Notes: generated by a model not told the origin, from the sequence alone. DNA of 64,000 bases from an uncultured Solirubrobacterales bacterium (GCA_963715925.1 OY970282.1:365891-429890); one strand, 5' to 3'; positions 38,399 to 47,908 are shown, numbered from the stretch's first letter. Translations and numbers: made by a program.

Positions 38399-40297
38399 AT
38401 GACCCTCGACCCGATCGAATTGCAGGTCCTCACCGGGGCGCTGCGGGCCGCCTGCGAGGAGATGGGCGCCGCGCTGGTACGCGCCGCGCACTCGCCCAAC
38501 ATCAAGGAGCGCCGCGACTGCTCGACCGCGCTGTTCGACGCGCGCGGGCAGATGGTGATGCAGGCCGAGCACATCCCCGTGCACCTCGGCTCGATGCCCG
38601 CCGCGGTCGCCGCCGTGCTCGGCGAGGACCACTCTGCGGGGCACTCGTGGGTGCTCAACGACCCCTTCGCCGGGGGCACGCACCTGCCCGACATCACGCT
38701 CATCACCCCGGTGCTCGTGGACGGTGCTCTAACTGAAAAAGAGGGGCCCAGCTCGCCGGCCTCCGGCCGACTGCGCCACCCTCTAACTGAAAAAGAGGGG
38801 CCCAACCGAAGCCGAGAGACACTCGCCTCCGGCGAGCATCCCCGTTTCGGCCAGCCGGCCTCCGGCCGACTGCGCCACCCTCTAATTGGCTTCGCCGCCT
38901 CCCGCGCCCACCACGCCGACGTGGGCGGGCGCGTGCCGGGGTCGATGCCCGCCGACTCGCGCACCCTGGAGGAGGAGGGCATCGTGATCTCACCTCGCCC
39001 CGCGACCCCGGAGGCGATCGAGGAGATCGTCGCCCTGATGCGCCAGCCCGAGGAGCGCCGTGCCGACCTGCGCGCCCAGCTCGCCGCCAACCGCATCGGC
39101 GCCCTGCGCCTCACCGAGCTCGCGCGGGAGGGCGGACAGCCATTCCTCCGCGAAGGGTTCGACGCGGTGCTCGACTACGCCGAGCGCCGCACCCGCGCCT
39201 GCCTCGCGGCGCTCCCCGACGGGACCCGCGAGGCGCAGGACGTGCTGGAGGCGATCGAGGGCGACCTCGTGCTGCGCCTGCGTGCCACCGTGGAAGGGGA
39301 GCGGGTGGTACTCGACTTCGCCGGCTCCGCCCCCCAACACTCCGGCAACCTCAACTGCCCCCTCGCCGTCACCCGCTCGGCGTGTTACTTCGCGGTGCGC
39401 GTCCTCACCGACCCCGACATTCCTCCCTGCGCCGGCGCCTACCGGCCCGTGGAGGTGCGCGTTCCCGAGGGATGCCTCTTGAACGCGCGCGGGGTGGGCG
39501 GATCCGAATCCCTCGGGGCGGGCGGGTCCAAGGCCGCTCCCGCGGTGGCCGCCGGCAACGTCGAGACCTCCTCGCGCGTCGCCGACCTCGTGCTCGCCGC
39601 CTTCGGGCGCGCGCTGGGACAGGGCACGATGAACAACCTGACCCTCGGGGACGAGCGCTTCAGCTACTACGAGACCCTCGGGGGCGGCCAGGGCGCCTGC
39701 CCCGACGCCGACGGCCCCGACGGGGTGCACGTGGCGATGAGCAACACCCTCAACACCCCCGTCGAGGCGCTCGAGCGCGAGCTGCCGCTGCGCGTCAGGA
39801 GTTACGCGCTGCGCCGCGGCTCCGGGGGCGCGGGCGCCTACCGCGGCGGCGAGGGAGTCGTGCGCGAGATCGAGGCGCTGCGCGAGATGACCTTCTCGCT
39901 GATCACCGAGCGCCGTCGCCACCCCCCGCCGGGCGCGCACGGCGGGCAGCCCGGGGCGCGCGGGCGCAACCTGCTGATCGCGCCTCCCACCCTCGACACC
40001 CCCAACACCACCGGCACCCCCGGCACTCCCGGCACCCCCGGCACTCCCGGCACCCCCGGCACTCCCGGCACCCCCGGCACTCCCGGCACCCCCGGCACCC
40101 TCGACACCCCCGCCGAGACCCCCAACCACGACGCCCACCGACGGCACGACACCCACACCGCCGCGACGGAGGCACTGGAACCAGAGAGCCGCGAGCTGCC
40201 CGGGAAGACCACGGGGGTCCTGCGCCCGGGGGAGCGCCTGCGCATCGAGACCCCCGGCGGAGGGGGCCATGGCCCCCCTGAGCGGCCCTCCACGTGA
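38399..40297 (+). CDS. Hydantoinase B/5-oxoprolinase subunit, with two in-frame insertions
   Basis: HSPNIKERRDCS, HIPVHLG, NDPFAGGTHLPD, HHADVGG, GQGTMNN, NTLNTPVE, ETPGGGG. Confidence 0.92.
   Translation: MTLDPIELQVLTGALRAACEEMGAALVRAAHSPNIKERRDCSTALFDARGQMVMQAEHIPVHLGSMPAAVAAVLGEDHSAGHSWVLNDPFAGGTHLPDITLITPVLVDGALTEKEGPSSPASGRLRHPLTEKEGPNRSRETLASGEHPRFGQPASGRLRHPLIGFAASRAHHADVGGRVPGSMPADSRTLEEEGIVISPRPATPEAIEEIVALMRQPEERRADLRAQLAANRIGALRLTELAREGGQPFLREGFDAVLDYAERRTRACLAALPDGTREAQDVLEAIEGDLVLRLRATVEGERVVLDFAGSAPQHSGNLNCPLAVTRSACYFAVRVLTDPDIPPCAGAYRPVEVRVPEGCLLNARGVGGSESLGAGGSKAAPAVAAGNVETSSRVADLVLAAFGRALGQGTMNNLTLGDERFSYYETLGGGQGACPDADGPDGVHVAMSNTLNTPVEALERELPLRVRSYALRRGSGGAGAYRGGEGVVREIEALREMTFSLITERRRHPPPGAHGGQPGARGRNLLIAPPTLDTPNTTGTPGTPGTPGTPGTPGTPGTPGTPGTPGTLDTPAETPNHDAHRRHDTHTAATEALEPESRELPGKTTGVLRPGERLRIETPGGGGHGPPERPST
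38727..38885. mobile_element. 153-bp in-frame insertion of two tandem palindromic elements (54 + 99 bp) bounded by CTCTAA
   Basis: CTCTAA at 38727, 38781 and 38880. Both units start CTGAAAAAGAGGGGCCCA and end GCCGGCCTCCGGCCGACTGCGCCACCCTCTAA. Removing them restores VLVDGALIGFAASRAHHADVGG. Confidence 0.8.
39989..40111 (+). repeat. In-frame 9/18-bp tandem repeat encoding (PGT)n
   Basis: Alternating GGCACCCCC/GGCACTCCC units, flanked by the direct repeat ACCCTCGACACCCCC. Confidence 0.9.
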
Positions 40298-40456
40298 CTT
40301 TGTGCGCGGAAAGGGATCAAAAAAACCCGCCATTTGCAGGTGATTTGGCATTTCCGCTAGGATTTCGTATCTTAAGCAGACGGTTCGCCATCCTCGAGGC
40401 GCCGTAGTTGCAGGCATCATCCCCCAGAGAACTTCTTCCCCTTACATTCATTCGCC

Positions 40457-41095
40457 ATGCCAATTGCTTTGAAGGAATGGGCGGTTACCGTCCGCGCCCT
40501 CGCCGAAGGCGAGCAGCTCATCACCCTGCGCAAGGGTGGCATCCGCGAGGCCGACAAGCACTTCCGGCTCGAGCACGATCGCTTCTTCCTGTACCCCACC
40601 TTCGACCACCAACGCAACGACCTCGTGCGCGAGTCCCACCAGCCTGAGCTGCGTCGCGCACTCGAGGAGGGCGTGTGGAGCGAGGGCGAGCCCTCCCTGC
40701 AGGCGCTCGCCGCCCACGGCCACCTCCAACAGCCCGACCGCGTGCGCATCCGCGCGTGGGCCGAAGTCGCGGGCCACTTCACGATCAACGACCCCCGCTG
40801 CGTGGACGCCCTCTCCCCCTTCTACGTGTGGCGCACCGACTACGCCGAGAAGCGCCTCGCCTGGAAGCCCCGCCACCCGCTGCACGTGCTGCTGCTGCGC
40901 ACCTACCGCATCCCGCGGCCCGTCACCGTGAAGGTCCGCGAGGAGTACCTCGGCTGCCACTCCTGGTTGGAGCTCCAGCGCGATCTCCCCTTCGAGGGCA
41001 CCCCCGTGCTCTCCGACGACGAGTTCGAGCGCGCCTCCGAGGAAATCGAGACCATCACCCGCGAGGTCGGCACGCCCCAGCCCGTATTGGCGTAG
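40457..41095 (+). CDS. DUF1802-family protein
   Basis: ALKEWAV...LRKGGIRE...FFLYPT; YLGCHSW. Confidence 0.8.
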   Translation: MPIALKEWAVTVRALAEGEQLITLRKGGIREADKHFRLEHDRFFLYPTFDHQRNDLVRESHQPELRRALEEGVWSEGEPSLQALAAHGHLQQPDRVRIRAWAEVAGHFTINDPRCVDALSPFYVWRTDYAEKRLAWKPRHPLHVLLLRTYRIPRPVTVKVREEYLGCHSWLELQRDLPFEGTPVLSDDEFERASEEIETITREVGTPQPVLA

Positions 41096-41098
41096 CGC

Positions 41099-41608
41099 CT
41101 ACGGGTGCAACCAAGCCAGGATCGCGAGCACCGCGAGGCCCAGCAGCAGTCCCGCCAACACCCGCCACGCGGTGGGGCCCCACAGCAGGGCGGCCTGCCC
41201 GGTGGGGAGCAGCTCGCTCTGCAGCAGCACGTCGCGCGCGGCGGCGACGCCGGAGGCCGGGACGAGGATGTCGCGGGGGCCGGCCGCGAGGAAGTCCGGC
41301 ACGTCGAAGCCGCGCGCGCGGCGCTGCATCGAGGGGATGCCCTCCTCCAGCAGGAGGTTCTGGATGAAGTCGGCCTCGGTCAGGTTGCGCGCCCCCACCA
41401 CCCGCACGAGCGCACCCTCGGAGTACTGGGGCTTGACCCTCCTCGCCCGCTGCCACATCTCCCCCAAGGGCACATGAGATCCGCCTGCCCCGCCGGCGGC
41501 ACCCTCGCCCTCGGCGTACACCAATGGCATCCCGCAGCGCGGGCAAAAGCGCTCACTCGGGGGGTGGGCGTCGCCGCACGACGGGCACACGAGGGGAGCC
41601 TCGGCCAT
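41099..41608 (-). CDS. Zinc-ribbon plus DUF2007-like membrane protein
   Basis: CPSC...CPRC; EADFIQNLLLEEGIPS; C-terminal TM. Confidence 0.7.
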   Translation of the reverse strand: MAEAPLVCPSCGDAHPPSERFCPRCGMPLVYAEGEGAAGGAGGSHVPLGEMWQRARRVKPQYSEGALVRVVGARNLTEADFIQNLLLEEGIPSMQRRARGFDVPDFLAAGPRDILVPASGVAAARDVLLQSELLPTGQAALLWGPTAWRVLAGLLLGLAVLAILAWLHP

Positions 41609-41679
41609 CACCCCGCCTCTGGCGAGACCTCCCCGGCCTCCCGCAGGAGGTCGCGTGGTGTGTCGCGGAACCCCGCCAT
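41608..41679 (-). CDS. 23-aa mini-ORF bridging two genes
   Basis: MAGFRDTPRDLLREAGEVSPEAG*, with TGATG overlaps at both ends. Confidence 0.4.
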   Translation of the reverse strand: MAGFRDTPRDLLREAGEVSPEAG

Positions 41680-42116
41680 CACCGCACCTCGAGCGAGACC
41701 TCCCTGACTTCGCCCTCTTCGATCAGGTACGAGCGCACCTCCGGCTCCCCCTTGGCGAGCCCGACGATCACCCACTCCACGCCCGGCCACTTGGCGGCGA
41801 AGTTGATGTCGGTCTGCGAGGGGTAGGGCTCGGTGTGCGTGTGCGAGTGGTAGATCACGCCCAGCTCCAACCCTGCTTCCTCGCACTCGTTCCAGACCCT
41901 CAACACTTCCTTGCCGTCGATCTCGAAGCGCTTGCGGCCGGTATCGTTGCCTGCTGCGTCCCTGTTGCCCGCGAAGACGTTCACAGCGCGATGGACGCGC
42001 ACCGCGCGCCGCTGATCGCCGTCCCGCTCGCATACGACCATGCCGCAGCACTCCGCGTCGTACTCCGCACGCGCGTGTGCGATCACGTCGTCCAGCAGAT
42101 CGGGAGCTATGACCAT
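41679..42116 (-). CDS. mec: JAB/MPN (M67) metallopeptidase, Mec-like CysO-cysteine peptidase
   Basis: ECCG...YHSHTHTEPYPSQTD JAMM motif, next to cysteine synthase. Confidence 0.85.
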   Translation of the reverse strand: MVIAPDLLDDVIAHARAEYDAECCGMVVCERDGDQRRAVRVHRAVNVFAGNRDAAGNDTGRKRFEIDGKEVLRVWNECEEAGLELGVIYHSHTHTEPYPSQTDINFAAKWPGVEWVIVGLAKGEPEVRSYLIEEGEVREVSLEVR

Positions 42117-42165
42117 CGTCGCTACCGGCGGGAGCGGGTGGGCCGGCGGGGGCGGGCGTGAGCCC

Positions 42166-43137
42166 TCACCACCACACAGTGGAGTCGAGGTTCTCGATCT
42201 CGTCCACCGGCAGCGTGTAGATCCCGCTGGAGAGGTACTTCCAGCCGTCGTCCGCGACGATGAACACCACGTTGCCCTCGTCGAGCTCCCCGGCGATGCG
42301 CACCGCCACGCGGGCGATCGCGCCCGAGGAGACGCCGGCGAATACGCTCTCCTCGTCGAGCAGCTTGCGCGTCCACAGGATCGCGTCGCGGTTGGTCACG
42401 AAGATCTTGCGGTCCAGTAGTGCGAGGTCGATGATCGGCGGGATGAAGCCGTCGTCGAGCGAGCGCAGCCCCTGCACCGGCTCGCCCTGCATCGGCTCCG
42501 CCGCGACGATCTTCACGGCGTCCCCGAAGGTCTCCTTCAGGCGGCGGCCGTTGCCCATCAACGTGCCCCCCGTCCCGAGGCCCGCGACGAACGCCGACAC
42601 CTCGTCGAGCTCCTCGAGGATCTCCAGGGCCGTGCCGTTGTAGTGCGCGCCCGGGTTGGCGGGGTTGCCGTACTGGTAGGGCATGTAGTAGGAGGAGTCC
42701 GCCTGCGCCATCTTCAGGGCCTTCTCGACCGCTCCGTTGGAGCCCTTGGAGCCCTCGGAGTACACGATCTGCGCGCCGAACATCTTCAGCAGCTGCGTGC
42801 GCTCCGGGGTCACGTTCTCAGGCATCACCACCTTCAGGCGGTAGCCCTTGCGCGCGCAAATCATCGCCAGCGAGATCCCCGTGTTGCCCGAGGTCGGCTC
42901 GAGGATCGTCTGCCCCGGGCTGAGCGCCCCCTTCTCCTCGGCGTCCTCGATCAGCGCACGCGCCACCCGGTCCTTGACCGAGCCCGTCGGGTTGCGCGAC
43001 TCGAGCTTCGCCCAGATCCGCACCCCCGGCTTCGGCGAGAGGCGCGGCAGCTCGATCAGCGGCGTGTTGCCGATCGACTGCACGATGTCGCCGTAGCGAC
43101 CCCCGCAGGGCTTGTTGCGCAGACCCTCCGCAGCCAT
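42166..43137 (-). CDS. cysM: PLP-dependent cysteine synthase (CysM-like)
   Basis: IGNTPL, KLESRNPTGSVKDR, EPTSGNTG, GLGTGGT. Confidence 0.88.
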   Translation of the reverse strand: MAAEGLRNKPCGGRYGDIVQSIGNTPLIELPRLSPKPGVRIWAKLESRNPTGSVKDRVARALIEDAEEKGALSPGQTILEPTSGNTGISLAMICARKGYRLKVVMPENVTPERTQLLKMFGAQIVYSEGSKGSNGAVEKALKMAQADSSYYMPYQYGNPANPGAHYNGTALEILEELDEVSAFVAGLGTGGTLMGNGRRLKETFGDAVKIVAAEPMQGEPVQGLRSLDDGFIPPIIDLALLDRKIFVTNRDAILWTRKLLDEESVFAGVSSGAIARVAVRIAGELDEGNVVFIVADDGWKYLSSGIYTLPVDEIENLDSTVWW

Positions 43138-43358
43138 AGCTTTAGCGTGAGGGGGACAGGGCGGGCGGGCCCCCCTCCCGGCCTCCCCCCGGTGGTGTAC
43201 CAAGGCCGGGCCGGCGAAGCGGGCCCTTGTGGCAAAGACGATCGCCAGCCATTACTTCACGGAATATAGCGGCGTTCGACGATCCCGCACACAATCCCAC
43301 CCGGCGTGGCCACTCGCTCCCCCTCTGGCCGAGCGGCCAGGCACTAGGATGCCAGAGG

Positions 43359-44996
43359 ATGTCTCGCCACGACTACGACTGGCTCGTGATCGGCTCCGGC
43401 TTCGGCGGCAGCGTCTCCGCGCTGCGCCTCTCCGAGAAGGGTCACCGCGTCGGCGTGCTGGAGTGCGGGCGGCGCTTCGCCGATCACGAGTTCCCGAAGA
43501 ACACCGCAGACGTGCGCCGCTACTCGTGGCGCCCGCACCTGGGGATGAAGGGCATCTTCCGCCTGACGATCTTCCGCGACGTCGTGGTCGTCTCCGGCTG
43601 CGGCGTCGGCGGCGGCAGCCTCGGCTACGCCAACACCCTGTACGTGCCCCCCACCCAGTTCTTCGAGGACCGCCAGTGGGCGGAGCTGGAGGAGTGGGAG
43701 AGCGCGCTCGCGCCCCACTACGCCGAGGCCCAGCGAATGTTGGGGGTCGTGCAGAACCCCCACGACGACCCCGCCGACCAGCTGCTGCGCGAGCTCGGCG
43801 AGCACCTCGGTGTCTCCGACACCTACCAGAAGACGCCCGTCGGGATCTTCTTCGGCGGGGAGGGCGAGGCGGGCAAGACCGTGCCCGACCCCTTCTTCGG
43901 CGGCGAGGGGCCCGAGCGCACCGCCTGCAAGCTGTGCGGGCGCTGCATGGTCGGCTGCCCCCACGGCGCCAAGAACACGCTCGTGAAGAACTACCTGTAC
44001 CTCGCCGAGCGCCACGGCGCGCAGGTGATGCCCGAACGCACCGTGATCGACGTCCGCCCGCTCGGCCCCGCCGACGGCAGCGAGGGCTACGAGGTCGAAA
44101 GCGTCCGCTCCGGCGCGTGGCTGCGCAAGGAACGCCGGGTGCACCGCGCCCGCGGGGTGGTGCTCGCCGCGGGGCCGCTCGGCACCAACACGCTGCTCCA
44201 GCGCTGCCGGCTCGGCGGCTCGCTGCCGCGCATCTCTCCTCGCCTGGGAGAGCTCGTGCGCACCAACAGCGAGGCGATCCTCACGGTGACCGTCCCCGAA
44301 GAGCAGGCCGCCAACTTCACCAAGCGCGTGGCGATCACCTCCAGCATCTACCCCGACCCCCACACGCACATCGAGACCGTCAGCTACGGCGAGGACGGCG
44401 ACTCGATGCGGATGTTCTACACCCTGCTCGTCGGGGACGGCACCCGCGTGACGCGCCCGCTGAAGCTGCTCGGGCAGATCCTGCTCCACCCCCGGCGGTT
44501 CGCGCAGGTGCTCCTCGCCAAGCGCTGGTCGCGGCGCACGATCATCCTGCTCGTGATGCAGACGCTCGACAACGCGATCGCCCTGCGTCCCCGCCGCGGT
44601 CCCTTCGGCACCATGTGGCTGCGCACCGAACAGGACCCCGAGCGCCCCAACCCGACCTTCATCCCCGTTGCCAACGAGGCGGCCGAATGGATGGCCAAGC
44701 GCACCGGCGGGATCGCCCAGAGCGCGGTCACCGAGGCGCTCTTCAACATCCCCACCACCGCCCACATCCTCGGCGGCGCCGTGATCGCCGCCGACCCCTC
44801 CCGCGGCGTCGTGGACGCCCGCCAGCGCGTGTTCGGCTACGAGAACCTGCTCGTGTGCGACGGCTCGGCGATCCCCGCCAACGTCGGCGTCAACCCCTCC
44901 CTCACGATCACCGCGCTGGCCGAGCGCGCGATCAGCTTCGTGCCCGCCGCGGCGCAGGACGCCGGGGAGCGCACGGGCGAGCGGGCCGCGGCGTAG
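43359..44996 (+). CDS. GMC oxidoreductase, cholesterol-oxidase (ChoD)-like
   Basis: GSGFGG, GVGGGS, CGRCMVGC, TAHILGG, NPSLTITA. Confidence 0.88.
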   Translation: MSRHDYDWLVIGSGFGGSVSALRLSEKGHRVGVLECGRRFADHEFPKNTADVRRYSWRPHLGMKGIFRLTIFRDVVVVSGCGVGGGSLGYANTLYVPPTQFFEDRQWAELEEWESALAPHYAEAQRMLGVVQNPHDDPADQLLRELGEHLGVSDTYQKTPVGIFFGGEGEAGKTVPDPFFGGEGPERTACKLCGRCMVGCPHGAKNTLVKNYLYLAERHGAQVMPERTVIDVRPLGPADGSEGYEVESVRSGAWLRKERRVHRARGVVLAAGPLGTNTLLQRCRLGGSLPRISPRLGELVRTNSEAILTVTVPEEQAANFTKRVAITSSIYPDPHTHIETVSYGEDGDSMRMFYTLLVGDGTRVTRPLKLLGQILLHPRRFAQVLLAKRWSRRTIILLVMQTLDNAIALRPRRGPFGTMWLRTEQDPERPNPTFIPVANEAAEWMAKRTGGIAQSAVTEALFNIPTTAHILGGAVIAADPSRGVVDARQRVFGYENLLVCDGSAIPANVGVNPSLTITALAERAISFVPAAAQDAGERTGERAAA

Positions 44997-45100
44997 CCCT
45001 CACTCACAGCAGACTGCGACCCCCGCAGCGTAGCCCTCACTCACAGCAGACTGCGACCCCCGCAGCGTAGCCCTCACTCACAGCAAACTGCGACCCCGCG
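44991..45100. repeat. 37-bp tandem repeat x3 at a convergent gene junction
   Basis: GCGTAGCCCTCACTCACAGCA(G/A)ACTGCGACCCC starts at 44991, 45028 and 45065. Confidence 0.93.
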
Positions 45101-46766
45101 GCACCCGCTCCGCCGCGCTGCAGAGCGTCCCGCTCACCACCCGCAGGCTCGCCGCGCCGCGGAGCGGGACGAGCCTGTTGAGTACGGCGTAGCCGTCGGC
45201 GCGCAGGCGGGCGATCGTCCGCCACGCGGCGCCCCGCGTCCGGCGTTGCAGGAGGACCTGCTGCCCGGGGCGCTTCAAGAGCGCCCACACCCGCACGTGC
45301 GCGCGGTCCACGCGCAACGGGTCGAAGGGGAGCGTGAAACCCTGGAGGAACGGCTTGGGGACGGCGTCGGCGGGGTTGCCGCCTGGAGCGGCGCTGTAGA
45401 GGCCCGCCGGTCGGGAGACCGTGATCGTGCCGCCGGTCGGGGTGGCGAGCGACAGGTCGGGGTAGGGGTCGATCAGGAACTGCCAGTCGGCGAGCCCCAC
45501 GCCCGCGACCCACAGCCGGTGCAGAGCGCGCGAGATCCACAGCGCCTGCAGACGGCCGGGCACGCCGTGCGCGGATTGCGGGGCGCTTTCCCAGTTGAGC
45601 TCCGTCACCCACACCGGCTTGGGTCCCCGTGGCAGCGCGGTGCGCAGACGCTCGGCCCGCGCGAGCAGCCCGGCGACCTTCTCGATGTCGGAGATCGCCA
45701 CGTCCTGCGAGGAGTGCGCCGGGAGGTCGGGGTCTTCGAAGGACAGCGGGTGGAAGGCGAGCACGTCGAAGTGCGGCGGATCCGAGCAGGCGCTGCGGGC
45801 ACCGCCCCTACCGGCACGCGCACCGCGAAGCAACACGCCGAGCGGGTGACGGCGAGGGGGCGGTTGAGCACCGCTTTCAAGGCAGAGCATCCCGCTCAGG
45901 AACCGCAGCGGGGTCATCCGCCCGACGCCCGCCGGTTCCCCGTTGGGGGCGATGCCGGCCGCGAGCACCACGTCGCTCGGCGCGACCGCCTTGACGGCGG
46001 CGTAAAAAGCGTTGAGCAGCTGGCGGTAGAGCAGCGGCGAGAAGGCCTGCCACCGTCCGCCCTCCACGACCCACTGCGGCTCCAGGTAGCGGGCGAGGTT
46101 GGGCTCGTTCCACGCTTCGAGGAGCCGCACGCGCGGAAGCGCGCGGCCGGGCTCCAGCGGGTCCGGGAAGGAGCCGTCGTAGCGGCGTGCCACGGCCGTC
46201 GCGAACTCGCCAAACGCAGCCGGGTCGGGTGCCCAGCTGCCCGGGTAGGCGTAGGGCCAGCGATTGTGAGCTTCCGCGAAGGCCGGCGCGCGAGTCACCA
46301 CCAGCAGCGGCGTCAGCCCGGCGGCGACCGTGTCACGCACCGCGGCGTCGACCGTGTCGAAGTCGTAGGCGGGGCTGGCCGGGTCGCTTGCGTCGAAGCC
46401 CGCCGGCGGGTCGGGGCTCACGATGTAGCGCCATTCCACGGGGATGCGGGCCACGCTCGCGCCCGTCGCGCGGATGCGCCTCAGTGTCAGTTCCCGAACC
46501 TCGGCTTCCTTGCTCAAGAGCAGCGTCGGGTCGGAGACCCCTCGCGTCAGCCCACCGCGCGGGAAGGGACCGTAGAGCAACGCGTGGTTTTGAGCGCGCA
46601 CGAAGCGCGGGCTCGTGGGCAGTGGCGAGATCCCCGGCGAGGGTTCCGCACCGTACGGCCGCGGCGGCCCTTCCGCACCGCCGGGCGAGGGCAGCGGCAG
46701 AACCGGCGGAGGTTGCAGCCAGGCGGCGGTCGTCAGGGCAAGTGCGAGCGTCGCACTAGCGATCAA
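45078..46766 (-). CDS. Secreted clan GH-A glycoside hydrolase (GH39/GH5-like)
   Basis: Signal peptide, AWNEPN acid/base, VWVTELNW nucleophile. Confidence 0.75.
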   Translation of the reverse strand: MIASATLALALTTAAWLQPPPVLPLPSPGGAEGPPRPYGAEPSPGISPLPTSPRFVRAQNHALLYGPFPRGGLTRGVSDPTLLLSKEAEVRELTLRRIRATGASVARIPVEWRYIVSPDPPAGFDASDPASPAYDFDTVDAAVRDTVAAGLTPLLVVTRAPAFAEAHNRWPYAYPGSWAPDPAAFGEFATAVARRYDGSFPDPLEPGRALPRVRLLEAWNEPNLARYLEPQWVVEGGRWQAFSPLLYRQLLNAFYAAVKAVAPSDVVLAAGIAPNGEPAGVGRMTPLRFLSGMLCLESGAQPPPRRHPLGVLLRGARAGRGGARSACSDPPHFDVLAFHPLSFEDPDLPAHSSQDVAISDIEKVAGLLARAERLRTALPRGPKPVWVTELNWESAPQSAHGVPGRLQALWISRALHRLWVAGVGLADWQFLIDPYPDLSLATPTGGTITVSRPAGLYSAAPGGNPADAVPKPFLQGFTLPFDPLRVDRAHVRVWALLKRPGQQVLLQRRTRGAAWRTIARLRADGYAVLNRLVPLRGAASLRVVSGTLCSAAERVPRGRSLL

Positions 46767-47859
46767 GCGTGACCACGCGCGTTTCGAGGTTCAGCTTCGC
46801 GCCGGAGGTGGCTTTCAGCGTCGTGATCAGCTCCGCTCGCACACGGTGGCTGTGGCCGAGCGCGCGCCGGCCCTTCGCGGTGACGTGCAGCATCACCTTC
46901 ACCTGACCCGCGGCGGCGGCGGACGCCGACCCGCGCGCCAGCAGCACGGCGGGGGGCCTGTGCTTGTGCCGGTGTCGAGTCTCGTGCGCCGCAGCGTACG
47001 CCGGCACCACGCCTCCCAGCTGGTAGAGGTCCTGCGTGACCGTTCCCGGCTGGTTGATCGTGACCTGGTCCAGCCACCCCGACTTCAACAGCTTGAGGAT
47101 CGTGGTTCGCACGAGCTTGAAGATCGAGCCCTGCAGCGCCGGCACTGGCGGGGGCGGCGGGGGCGCGGGAGGCACCGGACACGCGCCCACCGGGCGGTCG
47201 TTCTCGCTGGAGTAGGTGAACGTCGCCCCACCGGCAAGCGACGTCTTCAGGTGCTCCACCGCTCGAACGGTCTCCCCAAGCGCCAGAGGCGTCAGGAAGT
47301 TGCCAGCGAAGGACGCGCCGGCGAGCGAGGTGATCTGCGCTTCGCCGCCCCGGCGTTTCGCCGTATAAGAGGGATGAGTCACCAGCGTGTAGTAGCTGCC
47401 TTCGACTTCCTCGTTGGCCGAGCGCTGGCCGGAGAAGTTCGTGGAGCCCGCACAGACCGTCGGTTCCATCGAGGGCAGGCCGTCGTAGACGATCGAGCCC
47501 ACGATGTCCCCGGACTCCGACGGGGATTCGAGCTCGACTACTTCCCCCACCTGCGGCACCTGCGAGAGCCAGGCGTGTTCCGTGCCAGTTTCTTCTGCCA
47601 CGGTCAAGCCGTTGCGGACGATCCGCAGGGCGACTTCGACTTCCTGACCGTGCGGCAGGCGGACGGAGCCGCTGGTGGAGAGGATCGATTCTTGGGGGTG
47701 CGTGGACTCTCCCTCGACCACCGAGATCGAGTATTCGGGCGCCTTGGGTTCTTCCCACGCCGCGGCTGGGGCGGCGGACACCGCGCCCGCGCCGAGCACG
47801 AGCAGCGCTGCGCACGAGACACGCCTGAGCCGGGGTATGAAAATGCCGCTGACCACCAT
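46756..47859 (-). CDS. Secreted hypothetical protein
   Basis: Signal peptide, beta-rich body, poly-Pro linker, basic C-terminal domain. Confidence 0.7.
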   Translation of the reverse strand: MVVSGIFIPRLRRVSCAALLVLGAGAVSAAPAAAWEEPKAPEYSISVVEGESTHPQESILSTSGSVRLPHGQEVEVALRIVRNGLTVAEETGTEHAWLSQVPQVGEVVELESPSESGDIVGSIVYDGLPSMEPTVCAGSTNFSGQRSANEEVEGSYYTLVTHPSYTAKRRGGEAQITSLAGASFAGNFLTPLALGETVRAVEHLKTSLAGGATFTYSSENDRPVGACPVPPAPPPPPPVPALQGSIFKLVRTTILKLLKSGWLDQVTINQPGTVTQDLYQLGGVVPAYAAAHETRHRHKHRPPAVLLARGSASAAAAGQVKVMLHVTAKGRRALGHSHRVRAELITTLKATSGAKLNLETRVVTLDR

Positions 47860-47908
47860 GCCGATGCGATCCAATCGTTCGGCAGGCCGACACGATTGAG
47901 CTTTGCAA

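Noticed and set aside
40310-40360. A-tract plus weak stem as an intrinsic terminator
   Set aside because: The stem is poorly paired and both flanking genes are on +, whereas the T-tract would be on -.
43140-43350. Structured ncRNA or riboswitch between cysM and the GMC oxidase
   Set aside because: Only short GC hairpins; no SAM or other riboswitch consensus recognised.
44991-45100. 37-bp repeats as a CRISPR array
   Set aside because: Length is CRISPR-like, but copies are contiguous without spacers and contain the ends of the flanking genes.
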